Part shown: one piece after another, positions 50,184-59,859 of the stretch
How the letters are laid out: each line of letters starts with the position of its first letter
Position numbering within the stretch: the first letter of the stretch is position 1
Origin: Octopus sinensis
Lineage: Eukaryota
Assembly: GCF_006345805.1 (NCBI RefSeq)
Contig: NC_042999.1
Coordinates: 143,592,001-143,656,000, forward strand
Length of the DNA: 64,000 nt
Reading direction: 5' to 3'
Position numbers and translations under genes: made by a program
The notes under the pieces: model-generated
What the model was told of the DNA's origin: nothing
Seen by the model: the letters and a program-made list of their open reading frames with translations, nothing else
Databases searched by the model: none

Positions 50184-53100
50184 AATATACACATACACAC
50201 ACATATGGCAGGCTTCATTCAGGTTCTGTCTATCAAATTCATTCACAATACTTTGGTTGGCTTGGTGCTAGTGTAGAAGACATTTGCCCAAAGTATTCCA
50301 AGCAACATGGTTGGGAAGTAAACTTAATAGAGTCATGTTTGTGCCTTATAGCAATGAAAGAAAATAAACTTGGCAGTGTATGAGGAAATTAATTAAATGC
50401 ATGTGTGTGTATGTGTGGGTAAAGGAGTTTAACTGAGTAAGAATTTTTAAAATACTTGTGAGTGTATGCAGTTGAGATGAGTGAAGAAAAAGGTTTCTGG
50501 AGTCAGAGTGAACACTAATGAGCAAATGAGAGCAAAGAAGAGTGTGTGTGTGTGTGTGCATACAGGTAGATGTGAGCCAAAAGTAAATATACATCTAAAA
50601 GTATGTTACATTGTTGTTGTTTAGTCTTAGGTCAACCCTGATCAAGCTCATTTCCTGCCATAGTTATACTGCCTTTAATTCATGTATATAAAGGACATCA
50701 CCAACAAATGTGTTCTTCCTCTATAAGATGTGAAGTTGGGATTTGAGGATACAGTTGACTGAAATAACCTGAGTATTTGACTAAGACTTATCCTTATTGA
50801 CCCCAGTGTGATGATAAGGTTAACTTTGGGGAGATTAGAAATCAGTCATAAAAAATCATCATTCTTTCCTCATCTGATACATCCCTCCACCCTCCTTCAC
50901 AAACTTATCCACACACTCTCCATGCACCCCTCCTCCCACAACCACTCCAATTTCTCTCACCATCACTTGCTAGTCACCTCTTCCCCATCCCAAATCATCT
51001 CCCCTCATACTCTTATGAAACATTTCTCTATCTCTCTTATATCTCCCACATCTGTTCCCTGTGGGTAGGTTCCAATGCATCTATATCTCTTACTCACTGA
51101 TTCTCTATCATCTTTTCCTCTTTTCTTTTCCTACTGGGGTAGCCAAGTATTTCCTCCATAATAAGACACCTATCTCAATCCCTTTGTTATATCTCGAGCA
51201 ACTCACCTGGCACAAAGCCACTTTCCTCGGTACCACTCCCTCTCCCAGCCAAAAGGTTTTTGTCTTGCAAGTTACTTGGCAACCCTGCTCATGTTGGTGC
51301 CATGCAACAAGCACCAGTGGGCGCATAAAAAGCACCCAGTACATTCTGTAAAGTGGTTAATGTTAGGAAGGGCATCCAGCTGTAGAAACTATGCCAAAGC
51401 AGACAATAGAGCCTGGAGAAGCTCTCTGGCTTGCCAGTTACTGTCAAACTCAAATGATAATGATGATATCTAAACTGGCTAAGGAATTTCATGGTTTTGA
51501 TTGTACCAAAATTGAATTTCAGATACTTTCTAGAAATTCCAGCTGCTAAATTGTTTAGAAATTAACTAAATATATACTGTTATATGATATAATAATAATG
51601 AGGACAATACTTACACTAAAAGTTTTGTTACATAGGTACAATGGCTATATAATGTTAGAAGGGGATAATGATTATCAGTTAAATGGAATCTCAATATATT
51701 ACTGGTACATCTATCATTCCTCCATAGATGAAACACAAAGTTGAACCTTCACAGGATCTGAACCCAGATATATAACAACAATCCTTTCTCCTATAGTCAC
51801 AAGGCCTGAAATTTGGGGGAGGGGGCTAGTCGATTACATCAAGCTCAGTGCATAACTGGTACTTATTTCATTGACCCCGAAAAGATGAAATGCAAAGTCA
51901 ATCTCGGTGGAAATTGAACTCAGAACATAAGGATGGATGAAATGCTGCTAAGTATTTTGTCTGGCATGCTAATGATTTGACCAGCTTTGTCGCCTTACAT
52001 GTATAATAATAATAATGATAATAACAACGGTTTCAAATTTTGGCACAAGGCCAGCAAATTAGGGGGAGGGGCTAAGTTGTTCACATCAACCCCATTGTTC
52101 AACTAGTAATTAATTTATCAGCCTCAAAAGGATGAAATGCAAAGTTGACCATGGCAGAATTTGAACCCAGAACATAAGGATGGATGAAATGCTGCTAAAC
52201 ATTTTGCCTGGTGTGTTAATGATTCTGCCAGCTCAGCGCCTTACATATATAAAAGTAATAACAATAATAAACTTATTGCATATGGTGCTCAGGTGCACCA
52301 AAACTCATCAGTAAAAGTAACCAAAAGTGCATGAACATACATTGAATAATGCACAGGGAGTCATTAAAGGATAAAAGAAAAGTGGGTTGGGCATCAGGTG
52401 TACTATTGGTGAATTTCAAGAAACATGGAAGTTTATGAATGTAGTGTTCTGAGAACTAACAACTGATGCAGGTAGTTTATTCCATGATTCAGCAATTCTG
52501 AACACAAAAAAAGTGTTTCCAAAAGTCATGGGTGCTGTATGTTATTTTGATTTTGTAAGCATGTCCACAAGTGTTAGAATTCAAAATGGTGCCTAAGGTT
52601 TTTGTTGGAAAGATGGTAGATAATCTTGTGGGTGTCTACCAAGTTAGTTGCCAGACATCAACAGTTCAAATATTCACCGTTGGGCATCTACCATACTTTG
52701 AACATCTTGCTTCCCTGGGCATGGACACATGAAAGCACCAGCATCTGGCAACTGACTTGGTAGACACCCACAAGATTATCAACCATCTTTCCAACAACAA
52801 TCTTAGGCATCTTTTTGAAAGTCATACATCTAACACTTATAGATATGTTTACAAAATAAAAAATCAATACAACACCCATGACTTTTGGAAACATTTCTTC
52901 ATGCTCAGAAATTGCTGAACCATAGAATAAACTACCTGCATCACCTGTTAGCCGTTGAGACTCTACATCCTTCATATCTTCCATGCCTCCTGAAATTTGC
53001 CAACTACACCTGATGCCCCCCACCCACTCTCATTTCTTCTTCCTTTTTCTCTTTTTTAAAGACTTTTCCACTGTTCACTTCCTGTGCATATTCTATGTAC

Positions 53101-56100
53101 TGTTCATGCAGTTTCAGTTACTTTTTCTGATGAGCTGTAGTGCATCTAGTACTGTATACAATAAGTTCATTATATATAAATACTCCAAGGTATTTTGTCT
53201 CACACTACTAATTCAATCATTTACTGCACAGGCAAAATTATGATGAGAAAAATATAAACTTTTATTAATTACATGTGTGGATGATAATTTACTGGACACA
53301 GCTTTTGGGGTTCTAACTGGGAGTTTGTCCTCATAAAGAGCAGCCACAGATGTCACTTGATTGTAATGGAATTTCACATCTTTAGAATCATCAATAAGGG
53401 AATTTTCACTGACAATCTGAAGGATTTTCCTTGTGGAACATAGAAACTGTACCATGGCTTTCTGGAATGAGAAAATGACATAGAAATAAAGATAAGATAG
53501 AGGGAGAAAATATGCATGAAACATCATGCTTAAAATGTGCACGCATACATGCATGCATGTGTGTGTATCTGCACACACACACACACACACACATGGCTGT
53601 GTGGAGAAGAAGTTTGTTTCCCGACCACATGGTTTTGGGTTCAGTTCCACAGCCTGAATGTGGCGGTACATTGCCTCATACAGTCACCTGTAATTACTTT
53701 TCAGAAGCTCAGTGATAATGGAATAAACTATCAAAACACATATATGCATATATAAATACATAATTTAAACAATGGTGAATGACATGTACAGCTAATTTAA
53801 GGAGAAACAGACTGGGATCAACCCACATCTACCTGAAGGGATTTGTGATTTGACTGCCTTCCTACTTATTAAGACTTTAGTTTTGCTACCTTTCAGTTCT
53901 AGACCTTGCTTCCACACCTGAAACTGATAGTGACTCAGCTATTAAAACAAGGTCATCAGCATAGAGAAGCTCCCAGGGGCATCTGTCTTGAATTCCTTTG
54001 TTATTGCCTGGAGGACTATGATGAATAAGAGTGGATTGAGGACTGATCCTTGGTGGACCCCTACCTCGAATTCTTCACTATACTCATTGTTAACCCTCAT
54101 TTTACTGACAGCATTCCTGTATGTAGCTTGTACAGTTTTCACTAACTACTCGTCTATCCCTAGTTTTCATATTGATCACCAGATAAGGGATCAGGGAACC
54201 CTGTCAAAGGCCTTTTCCATGTCAATGAAAGCCAAGTACAGAGGTTTATCTTTGGCTAGGTATTTCTCCTGCAGCTGTCTTACCAGAAATATAGCATCAG
54301 GGGTGTTTTTCTCCTGCACAAACCCAACTCTATCTTGTCTAAACTAACTGTCTCCCTAATTAGTTGGGCTATGATCCTCTCCATGACTTTCATTATGAAC
54401 TTGATAACTCTGTAATTATTCATATCTAATGCATCACCTTTACATTTGTAGCAGTTGACTACGGTGCTGCTACACCAGTCATTGGGTAGGACTCTTTCAT
54501 ATATCACCTGATTGACTATATGGGTGACTATAGCTGATACCACCATATATTTTAAACATCTCTGCAGTGATTCCTGATGGGCCGGGGTCTTTCACTGTCT
54601 TCATACTCTTAATTGCTTTATCTACCAAAGTACTGTCAATTCAGATAGCTGGTTTCTCTGTTGGGTCAACATTCAGCAGACTCTCTCCCAATCATTCTCT
54701 TCATTTAGCAACCTTTCATAGTGGCATCTCCAGGTCTCTCTCTTTGCAGCCTCATTAAATTCAAGTGAGCCATCATCCATGTGGACACATTTCTCTCCTA
54801 TGACATCATGAATCTCTCTCACACATTGTCTTGCAACATGAAACACTTCAAGTCTTTGGTCCTCACAACACAGAACATTGGCAAATTTTTTCTTATCTGC
54901 TTTTCCTCTGGCTAAGTAAACCTGTCTCCTAGCTTCCCTTCTGGCAATTTGATACAATTCCCTGCTACCACTGTTCTTCCAATCCTATGTCTGTTTCTTT
55001 TCCCTAATGGCCCTGTCAACTACATATATTAAAAAGATTTTTAAATAAGAAAGTAGCTGTGTAAGCTTACCTCAACTAGATGAATAGGTAAACCCAAAAG
55101 GATGAAGGACTTTTGAGTCATGCATATTAAATGGGCATCCTTTGTATTAGAACATTTCTGGTAGAAATTGAAGATGTCATAAAAGTCAACATAGTTACAA
55201 GTGTTCAAAAATTGTTGGTATTTACTGAAAACATCCTCATCTGAGGATACAAGAGAGTCGGGATTTTCACTCAGAAAGCCATCTTCAGCAAATGCAGCTA
55301 GTTTTCTTTGCTGCACATTCTGAAGTGCAGTTAATACATCACTAACTGGAACATCAAAGTCCCCAGTGGTCTGAAAAAAATGTAATAATGAAAAGAAATA
55401 CGTGACAGACTTTAGTGATAATATTTATAATTTCTCTCAAGATTAAACAGTGGCATGTAAAGCATGATGTGAATTTTTACTTAATTTTTTAATCATTAAT
55501 ATTGTTCAGGCAGTTAGATTAGCAGAATCACTGGAGCATTGGACAGGAATGCATTGCAATATTTGTTCTGAGTTTAAATCCTGCAATGATCAGTTTTGTC
55601 TTTCCTTCCTTTACTGTGCTCAAAAAAATTGACTTGCCCCTGCTCTGTAAAACTGCTGGTCTGGTGCCTAAATTTGATGGCGGTGGATTGGCAGAGTCAT
55701 TAGAGCTTTGTACTATTACTGTTTATTCCAGTTCTTTACATTCAGAGTTCAAGTTCAATGAATTAAAGTACCAGTCAAATACTAGGGTCAGTATAATTAG
55801 CTTTCCTCCAAAATTTCTAGTCTTGTCCATATGTAATAAATCATTATTATGGTATAAATTATTACTAATGATAATTTATTTATCTACTAATGATTTGAGC
55901 ACTTATTAAATTTCTGTATGAAATTGACTGATATTATCAGTTGCCATATTTATAAGCCTAAAATACTCTTGTTTTGACTGCTCTCCATTGATTTGATCAC
56001 ATCCTCTTCAACACTGAAGCAATGAGAGGCAAAGTTGATCATAGTGGTTTTTGAACAGAAAATATTAACACTGAAATTTGGATACAGCAAATAATGATTA

Positions 56101-59100
56101 AAAAAATTACAAAATCTTCTAGCTCTAATTCATTTGCTTTTGTTCTTGTCCCTCAACAAGTTACCTTACCTGCATATTCATGTCAGCCAGGCACAGCTGC
56201 AAGGCACACAGCTCATCATCAGCATTAAGAACAGTCATCCATGCATTCTTTGCATTACCAAACATTCGGTAAGTGTCCATTAAATAACTTGAGAGGGTTG
56301 TGGCAGCAGGAATATTTCCTTCAAGGCAGTGTTTGGCATCAATGATGACAAAATCTGATAAAAGACAAAAAAAAAAAAAAGAATAAAAAAGGTTTCTCTG
56401 CATTGCTTTTAAAACTCTTTACCTTTATTCTTTTCCTTGACATAGACATTATAATTACCTTCTCTATCTCCAGAGATAAAAAGACAACAAATAATATGCT
56501 TTAGCTTCAAAACTGAATAAGCCAAGTCCTATGATATATTGAATGGCCAAGTAGTTGTGCTTCAAAAGCAGTATTTCTTGATATTTAGTACAATAGTGTG
56601 ATGAGATGCCATATTATGTATTCCATACATCTTCACACGTCTTTTTTCTGTGTATAGTATACCTATAAATTAATGTGTTTCAGGTTTATAGATCAGGCGA
56701 AAGCACTGCAAAGTTATTATGATAATTCTGTCCTCTGGCAAAACTCCTCCACCACTCTCCCTCACATGCATAGCCACACACTTGCAATACCTTTACACAT
56801 CTACCATACTCACCCCACCCACCCCTTCACTCCAATTCCTCTCACTATCACTTGCTATCTCTAAATATCTCCCTTTACACTCTCATGGAACATCTTTACC
56901 CTCTCTGTACTACATATTCTTCCCATGCCACTGTTCCCTGTGGGTGGGCCCCCTCTCTCTCTCTGTCTATCTTTCTCTCTAACTTGCTCCTACCTCCATC
57001 CCCTTCTTTGTCTTACTGGGGTAACCAAGTATCACCTCTGTAGTAAGATAGCTATCTCTGCCTCTCTATTAAACTATAACCTCTTGCCCAGCATGTGTGA
57101 CCACTTCTACCAGATCCACTCCTTCTCCCAGTTGAGCGTTCTTGTTTTGCAAGCTATTTGGCAACACTGCAGGTGCTGGTGTCACATAAAAAGCACCTGT
57201 GCTGCTTCCATGTAAAAGACTTCCTGTCTAACAGGAAGGATCTGACTCAAGAGACAAGAGTAGATGAATCCCAAAGGCAAAATCTTTAGCTAGGAGACTC
57301 TCATGCCAGACTTAGTCAAATGATTTGTTCATGTCATGTGTAACAACATTGTTTATGTTAAATTTCTCTTGAGTGAGAGATCACAGGTAGGAAACATAGA
57401 GTAAGTTCCTGCCAGATCTGGCTCTATGGAGTTGAATATAAATGTAGAAGCTTTATTTGCTACAACAACTTATGCAAGACTATCATTCATAAAACACCTT
57501 GATGCATTGCACAGCATACAAGTTCTCTTGCTGCCCAAAGGGGTAAGGAAATTCAGTAAAGTTGGCAGAATTCCTTTTGGGAAAGGACCAAATTGACCAG
57601 ATGCAGTTTGGGAGACAGGAGAGCTTATAAGCTGTACAATGCACATGACTTTGATATATATATGGTAATCTTGCACTGTTGAGTAAATAACAGTCAATCA
57701 GGAGAAGTGAATGAATTTTTCTAGGTGTTATGGGAAATATTTTCACTTGTACTGTTGCAGCCCAGCCATGTATGAAAAACCTCATGGATTTGGGGTTACA
57801 AGCTTTGGTCTTTTGGGGAAGATATTAAGGAATAACATTAAAAGAACAGTTTTGTCTTCTGTTTAAATGAGAATCATAGTTACTACTTGGAAAAGTTAAT
57901 GTAAAAGTGGAAAATTCTGACCACTTATCAAACTTGAAGTGCTTCCGAGTGCAGAAGACTGGGATGTTGCATACAATGTAGATGTGTGGTGAATAGCTGT
58001 GATTATGCAGTGATTGCATGATCTGAAGTTACAGAGATGATTATAGTATGGTAAAGTCTGGGTTATAAAGAAATAAAACATGTTTAGGTTATCTGTGTCT
58101 CAGTCAGGATTACCTGCAAATGAGAGATGACTAGTTGTTGCAGATAGTTCAGAATTGCAAAGAAATCAGTTCTTGCATCAGTACCATCTAAGAGAAGATT
58201 ATGAGGGCTGAAAGAAATTGTGGACATTGAAATCACTAAGAATGGTGAATTCAAAGATAGATAAAGAAACCCTTGAAGCATAACAAAAGAGAGTCAAACA
58301 GTTGTCAGCAGTTTGGAACATGGTAGAAGCAACAGATGAATCCAAAAGAGTGAGGAGGAAAGACTTTGAACCTGAGTAACTGGATGTTTTATTGCTGATT
58401 ATCCAGGTGAGTGGTGGAGAGAGTGAATTCTAGATATGTGCAAACACATACATCTTTCTGAGTAAGGTTGGTATATAGGGAGTAACCTAGACAGCAAAGA
58501 GGGAGAGAGATTTGGGCATCAAAGAGGAATAGAATATGTGATTTGTGTCTTCCAAAACACAAATCACATATTCAATGGAGGAAAATTGGAGAGGGAAAGT
58601 AACATTATTTTGCATCTTTATCAGTCTCTTAATTGAAGAAAAAAGATCTTGAATTGTAGATCAAAACTGAATTTGTGGGTTCAATTTGCCCATAATTCAC
58701 AATTACTGGGATTAAGGGATAATATTTTATGAGAATGATGTTTTTGATGATGGCTATGTTAGAAATAATTGCTTAGGAAGAGTGGCTTAGTGGACTGCAT
58801 CGTTCTTGGTACTAGATTGGTTATTATATTTTATTGACCTCCAAAAAGACAAAAAGTAGTGCTGGCCCTGACAGGATTTGAACTCTGAATGTAAAGAGCC
58901 AGAAAAATACTGCAAAGTACTTTTCTGATTAAGTATTCTACCAATCAACTGTGAGGTAAGCATAATCATGCACACATGAGCCAATGAAGAAGTCTTTATG
59001 CAGAAGCTCGATTTGTTAGGAAAAACAGCCAGATCTTTAAATCATATTAAAAATAATGGATACATGGGATAATATAGTCCCTGTACAAAAAGACAAGATG

Positions 59101-59307
59101 GTTACATCAGGAAATCCTTTCATCATTGGTCTGCTCAATGAGTTTTTGCTGGATCAAATAACAACCATACACACATTGTTATGAAATGAAGTGTTGAAAC
59201 TCACCATTATTGCCATTAGAGGTGATATCTTTAACCAACTCAGTGAGTATAGATTCAATGTTTTCTATCTCCCAATCAGAGAATAGGTAGACTGTTGGTT
59301 CTGTCAT
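28426..59307 (-). CDS. PARPBP: PCNA-interacting partner (PARI, PARP1-binding protein); exons 59307-59205, 56354-56170, 55370-55071, 53461-53273, 48542-48378, 46725-46571, 41234-41069, 35321-35149, 33057-32973, 31436-31348, 28693-28426; about 625 aa
   Basis: All introns are GT-AG with consistent phases. PARI motifs recognised: TVLNADDELCALQLCLA, GDFDVPVSDVL, YLDLLVNSRS..LNVPDRGLDHQAFTDLK, LGGKGYAP..LRMHVKGLSQF, FRSP, and C-terminal PIP box GQTALTAFF. Confidence 0.93.
29390..30230 (+). mobile_element. Degenerate RTE LINE fragment
   Basis: TADAIFLVGQL.KYL, FIDLEK, GVDEWIVRVVQAVY and VMLHGGQT motifs shared with other RTE copies in the window. Confidence 0.7.
31348..31436 (-). CDS. PARPBP: PARPBP exon
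   Basis: LNTNKSHFDWASNSPNNQIPITEVKHILP; phase 0 in, phase 2 out. Confidence 0.8.
31505..32360 (+). mobile_element. mariner DNA transposon, internally deleted
   Basis: TIRs TTGAGTCATCCCATATATAATGCA / TGCATTATTTATGGAATGACCCAT with TA flanks. HTH remnant EHIRHILLYEFNKGNNAAE and catalytic remnant FQDNA..H..HPPYSLDIALSDYHLF (D,D34D type). Confidence 0.92.
32973..33057 (-). CDS. PARPBP: PARPBP exon
   Basis: (R)SPDPELDIEEEKPLAQRLSQHKTEQNAL; phase 2 in, phase 0 out. Confidence 0.85.
33355..33570 (-). mobile_element. SINE family B
   Basis: Colinear with 51790-52245; ends GATTCTGCCAGCTTGTTGCCTT. Confidence 0.7.
35149..35321 (-). CDS. PARPBP: PARPBP exon
   Basis: PANQGGSLCGRKSLQVLQKVLD...GTPIRFPSLISQF; donor AG|GTATGT. 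Confidence 0.88.
35785..36160 (+). mobile_element. SINE family A, full length
   Basis: Colinear with 8332-8705. Confidence 0.85.
36600..37430 (+). mobile_element. Ancient L2/CR1/Jockey-type RT remnant
   Basis: WISGFLSDHTITVHTDG followed by a degenerate GVPQG-like motif; further RT C-terminal remnants (IPRKSTCWNEL). Confidence 0.55.
39322..40140 (-). mobile_element. Two RTE-derived 3' repeats; the first has ~45-bp internal tandem subrepeats
   Basis: (CAT)n-led copies at 39322 and 39902; repeated GGTGCTTTT.ATGTG.CACC.GCAC units at 39480-39770. Confidence 0.75.
41069..41234 (-). CDS. PARPBP: PARPBP exon
   Basis: SACQRVINIIKNTILKSK...TTLESPCK. Confidence 0.87.
41300..41700 (-). mobile_element. 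LINE AP-endonuclease remnant
   Basis: IVALSQV..., LTDFALPNSSIYN..RRRDILL resemble exonuclease-endonuclease-phosphatase N-terminal motifs; interrupted by stops. Confidence 0.4.
42423..42660 (-). mobile_element. hAT (Charlie-like) MITE, degenerate
   Basis: Inverted homologue of 59608-59859; starts ..ATGGTTCTCAACTGGG. Confidence 0.7.
42684..42906. mobile_element. piggyBac-type MITE
   Basis: Ends AATGTTAAAGGG|TTAA, with a degenerate TTAA left end. Confidence 0.5.
43927..44535 (-). mobile_element. RTE LINE 3' fragment (end of ORF + 3' UTR)
   Basis: MDEDSCVKKCRSLTVEGTCKRGRPRKKWDEMM followed by the common 3' repeat. Confidence 0.85.
45827..46070 (-). mobile_element. RTE-derived 3' repeat
   Basis: CATCATCATCGTTTAACATCCGTTTTCCATGCTAGCATGGG... 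Confidence 0.8.
46571..46725 (-). CDS. PARPBP: PARPBP exon
   Basis: QAVSFIMKLRLGGKGYAPDSTSHLRMHVKGLSQFIDLLHKLQTVIEE. Confidence 0.93.
47831..47900. repeat. Compound trinucleotide microsatellite (TAC)n(TAA)n(CAA)n
   Basis: Read directly from the sequence. Confidence 0.9.
48378..48542 (-). CDS. PARPBP: PARPBP exon
   Basis: RYIYQVFYSYLDLLVNSRSQISLARVLNVPDRGLDHQAFTDLKREAKKSGLPMYQ. Confidence 0.93.
48805..50147 (+). mobile_element. 5'-truncated RTE LINE
   Basis: VGVHQGSVLIPLLF, PWELLYADDLALI, CTQCKLWTHKR, MLHGSKTWAVT, GRGRPRKTW, then the 3' UTR and (GAT)n tail. Confidence 0.92.
50195..50330 (-). mobile_element. SINE family A, 5' half
   Basis: CAGGCTTC..TCTATCAAATTCATTCACAA..GTAGAAGACATTTGCCCAA. 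Confidence 0.65.
51290..51468 (+). mobile_element. RTE-derived 3' repeat
   Basis: TAAAAAGCACCCAGTAC...TTAGGAAGGGCATCCAGCTGTAGAAAC...GATGAT. Confidence 0.7.
51790..52245 (-). mobile_element. Two tandem SINE family B copies
   Basis: 51797-51996 and 52042-52242 are near-duplicates (AGAACATAAGGATGGATGAAATGCTGCTAA in both). Confidence 0.8.
52264..53173. mobile_element. Head-to-head pair of CR1-like LINE 3' ends forming a ~400-bp inverted repeat
   Basis: Arms 52264-52655 (-) and 52744-53173 (+). The + copy reads ..LASLGMDT..LATDLVDTHKIINH..HDFWKHFF..NKLPAS, a CR1/L2 ORF2 C-terminus. Confidence 0.85.
53273..53461 (-). CDS. PARPBP: PARPBP exon
   Basis: KAMVQFLCSTRKILQIV...LPVRTPKAVSSKLSSTH; 189 nt, phase 0/0. 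Confidence 0.83.
53800..55022 (-). mobile_element. RTE LINE internal fragment
   Basis: YQIARREARRQVYLA, LPNDWCSSTVVNCYKCKGDAL, EFEVGVHQGSVLNPLLFII, LLYADDL. Confidence 0.92.
55071..55370 (-). CDS. PARPBP: PARPBP exon
   Basis: TTGDFDVPVSDVLTAL...KYQQFLNTCNYVDFYDI...LVE; 300 nt, phase 0/0. Confidence 0.92.
56170..56354 (-). CDS. PARPBP: PARPBP exon
   Basis: FVIIDAKHCLEG...TVLNADDELCALQLCLADMNMQ; donor CAG|GTAAGG. Confidence 0.9.
57470..58320 (-). mobile_element. Ancient LINE remnant (endonuclease/linker)
   Basis: Degenerate endonuclease-like segments (..ILTETQI, FAILNYLQQLV) with many stops. Confidence 0.4.
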
Positions 59308-59308
59308 C
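59205..59308 (-). CDS. PARPBP: PARPBP exon containing the probable start (MTEPTVYLFSDWEIENIESILTELVKDITSNGNN)
   Basis: Acceptor TTTCTCTTTGAACAG, ATG at 59307, donor G|GTGAGT in phase 1 matching the next exon. Confidence 0.8.
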
Positions 59309-59607
59309 CTGTTCAAAGAGAAATAAATGTAAGTTAAAGTTCATAATTTAGAAACATGCCCCAAATCAGTATCAAATTCCATTTTCAGTTGTGCTAAGCA
59401 GAAAAGATCTGAACCTTCCTCTCAGGATATGGCACTGGTTTAATAGTTTAATTTCCCAGGAAAAGTAATCTATTATTTACTCTCTATAAGATGAACATTA
59501 ACTGAATTGATTTGGATCCTGTTCAGAGACACAGCAAAATAGCAAAGAGAGATTTTTTATGTAGTAACACAATTTACCAGGAATAACAGAAAAATTACAC
59601 TCTAAAC

Positions 59608-59859
59608 CAGTGTTTCGCAACCATTTTTACCTATGGACCCCTTTAATTCCTATTTTACTCTATTGCATTCTTCGAGCCATTCAATGTTTTAAAAAACCCA
59701 TATAATTTTATAATTAAGTATTATTAGGAATTGTATTAAAAAATTGTTAAAATATTTTGTGTATTGTAAAAATATAACCAATTTATTGCAGAAAAATTTT
59801 AACAACAAAATCATATATGGACCTCCAAGGGCCACATGGTCCCCAGTTGAGAACCACTG
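59608..59859 (+). mobile_element. hAT (Charlie-like) MITE
   Basis: TIRs CAGTGTTTCGCAAC / GTTGAGAACCACTG; 8-bp TSD CTCTAAAC (59600-59607) / TTCTAAAC (59860-59867). Confidence 0.88.
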
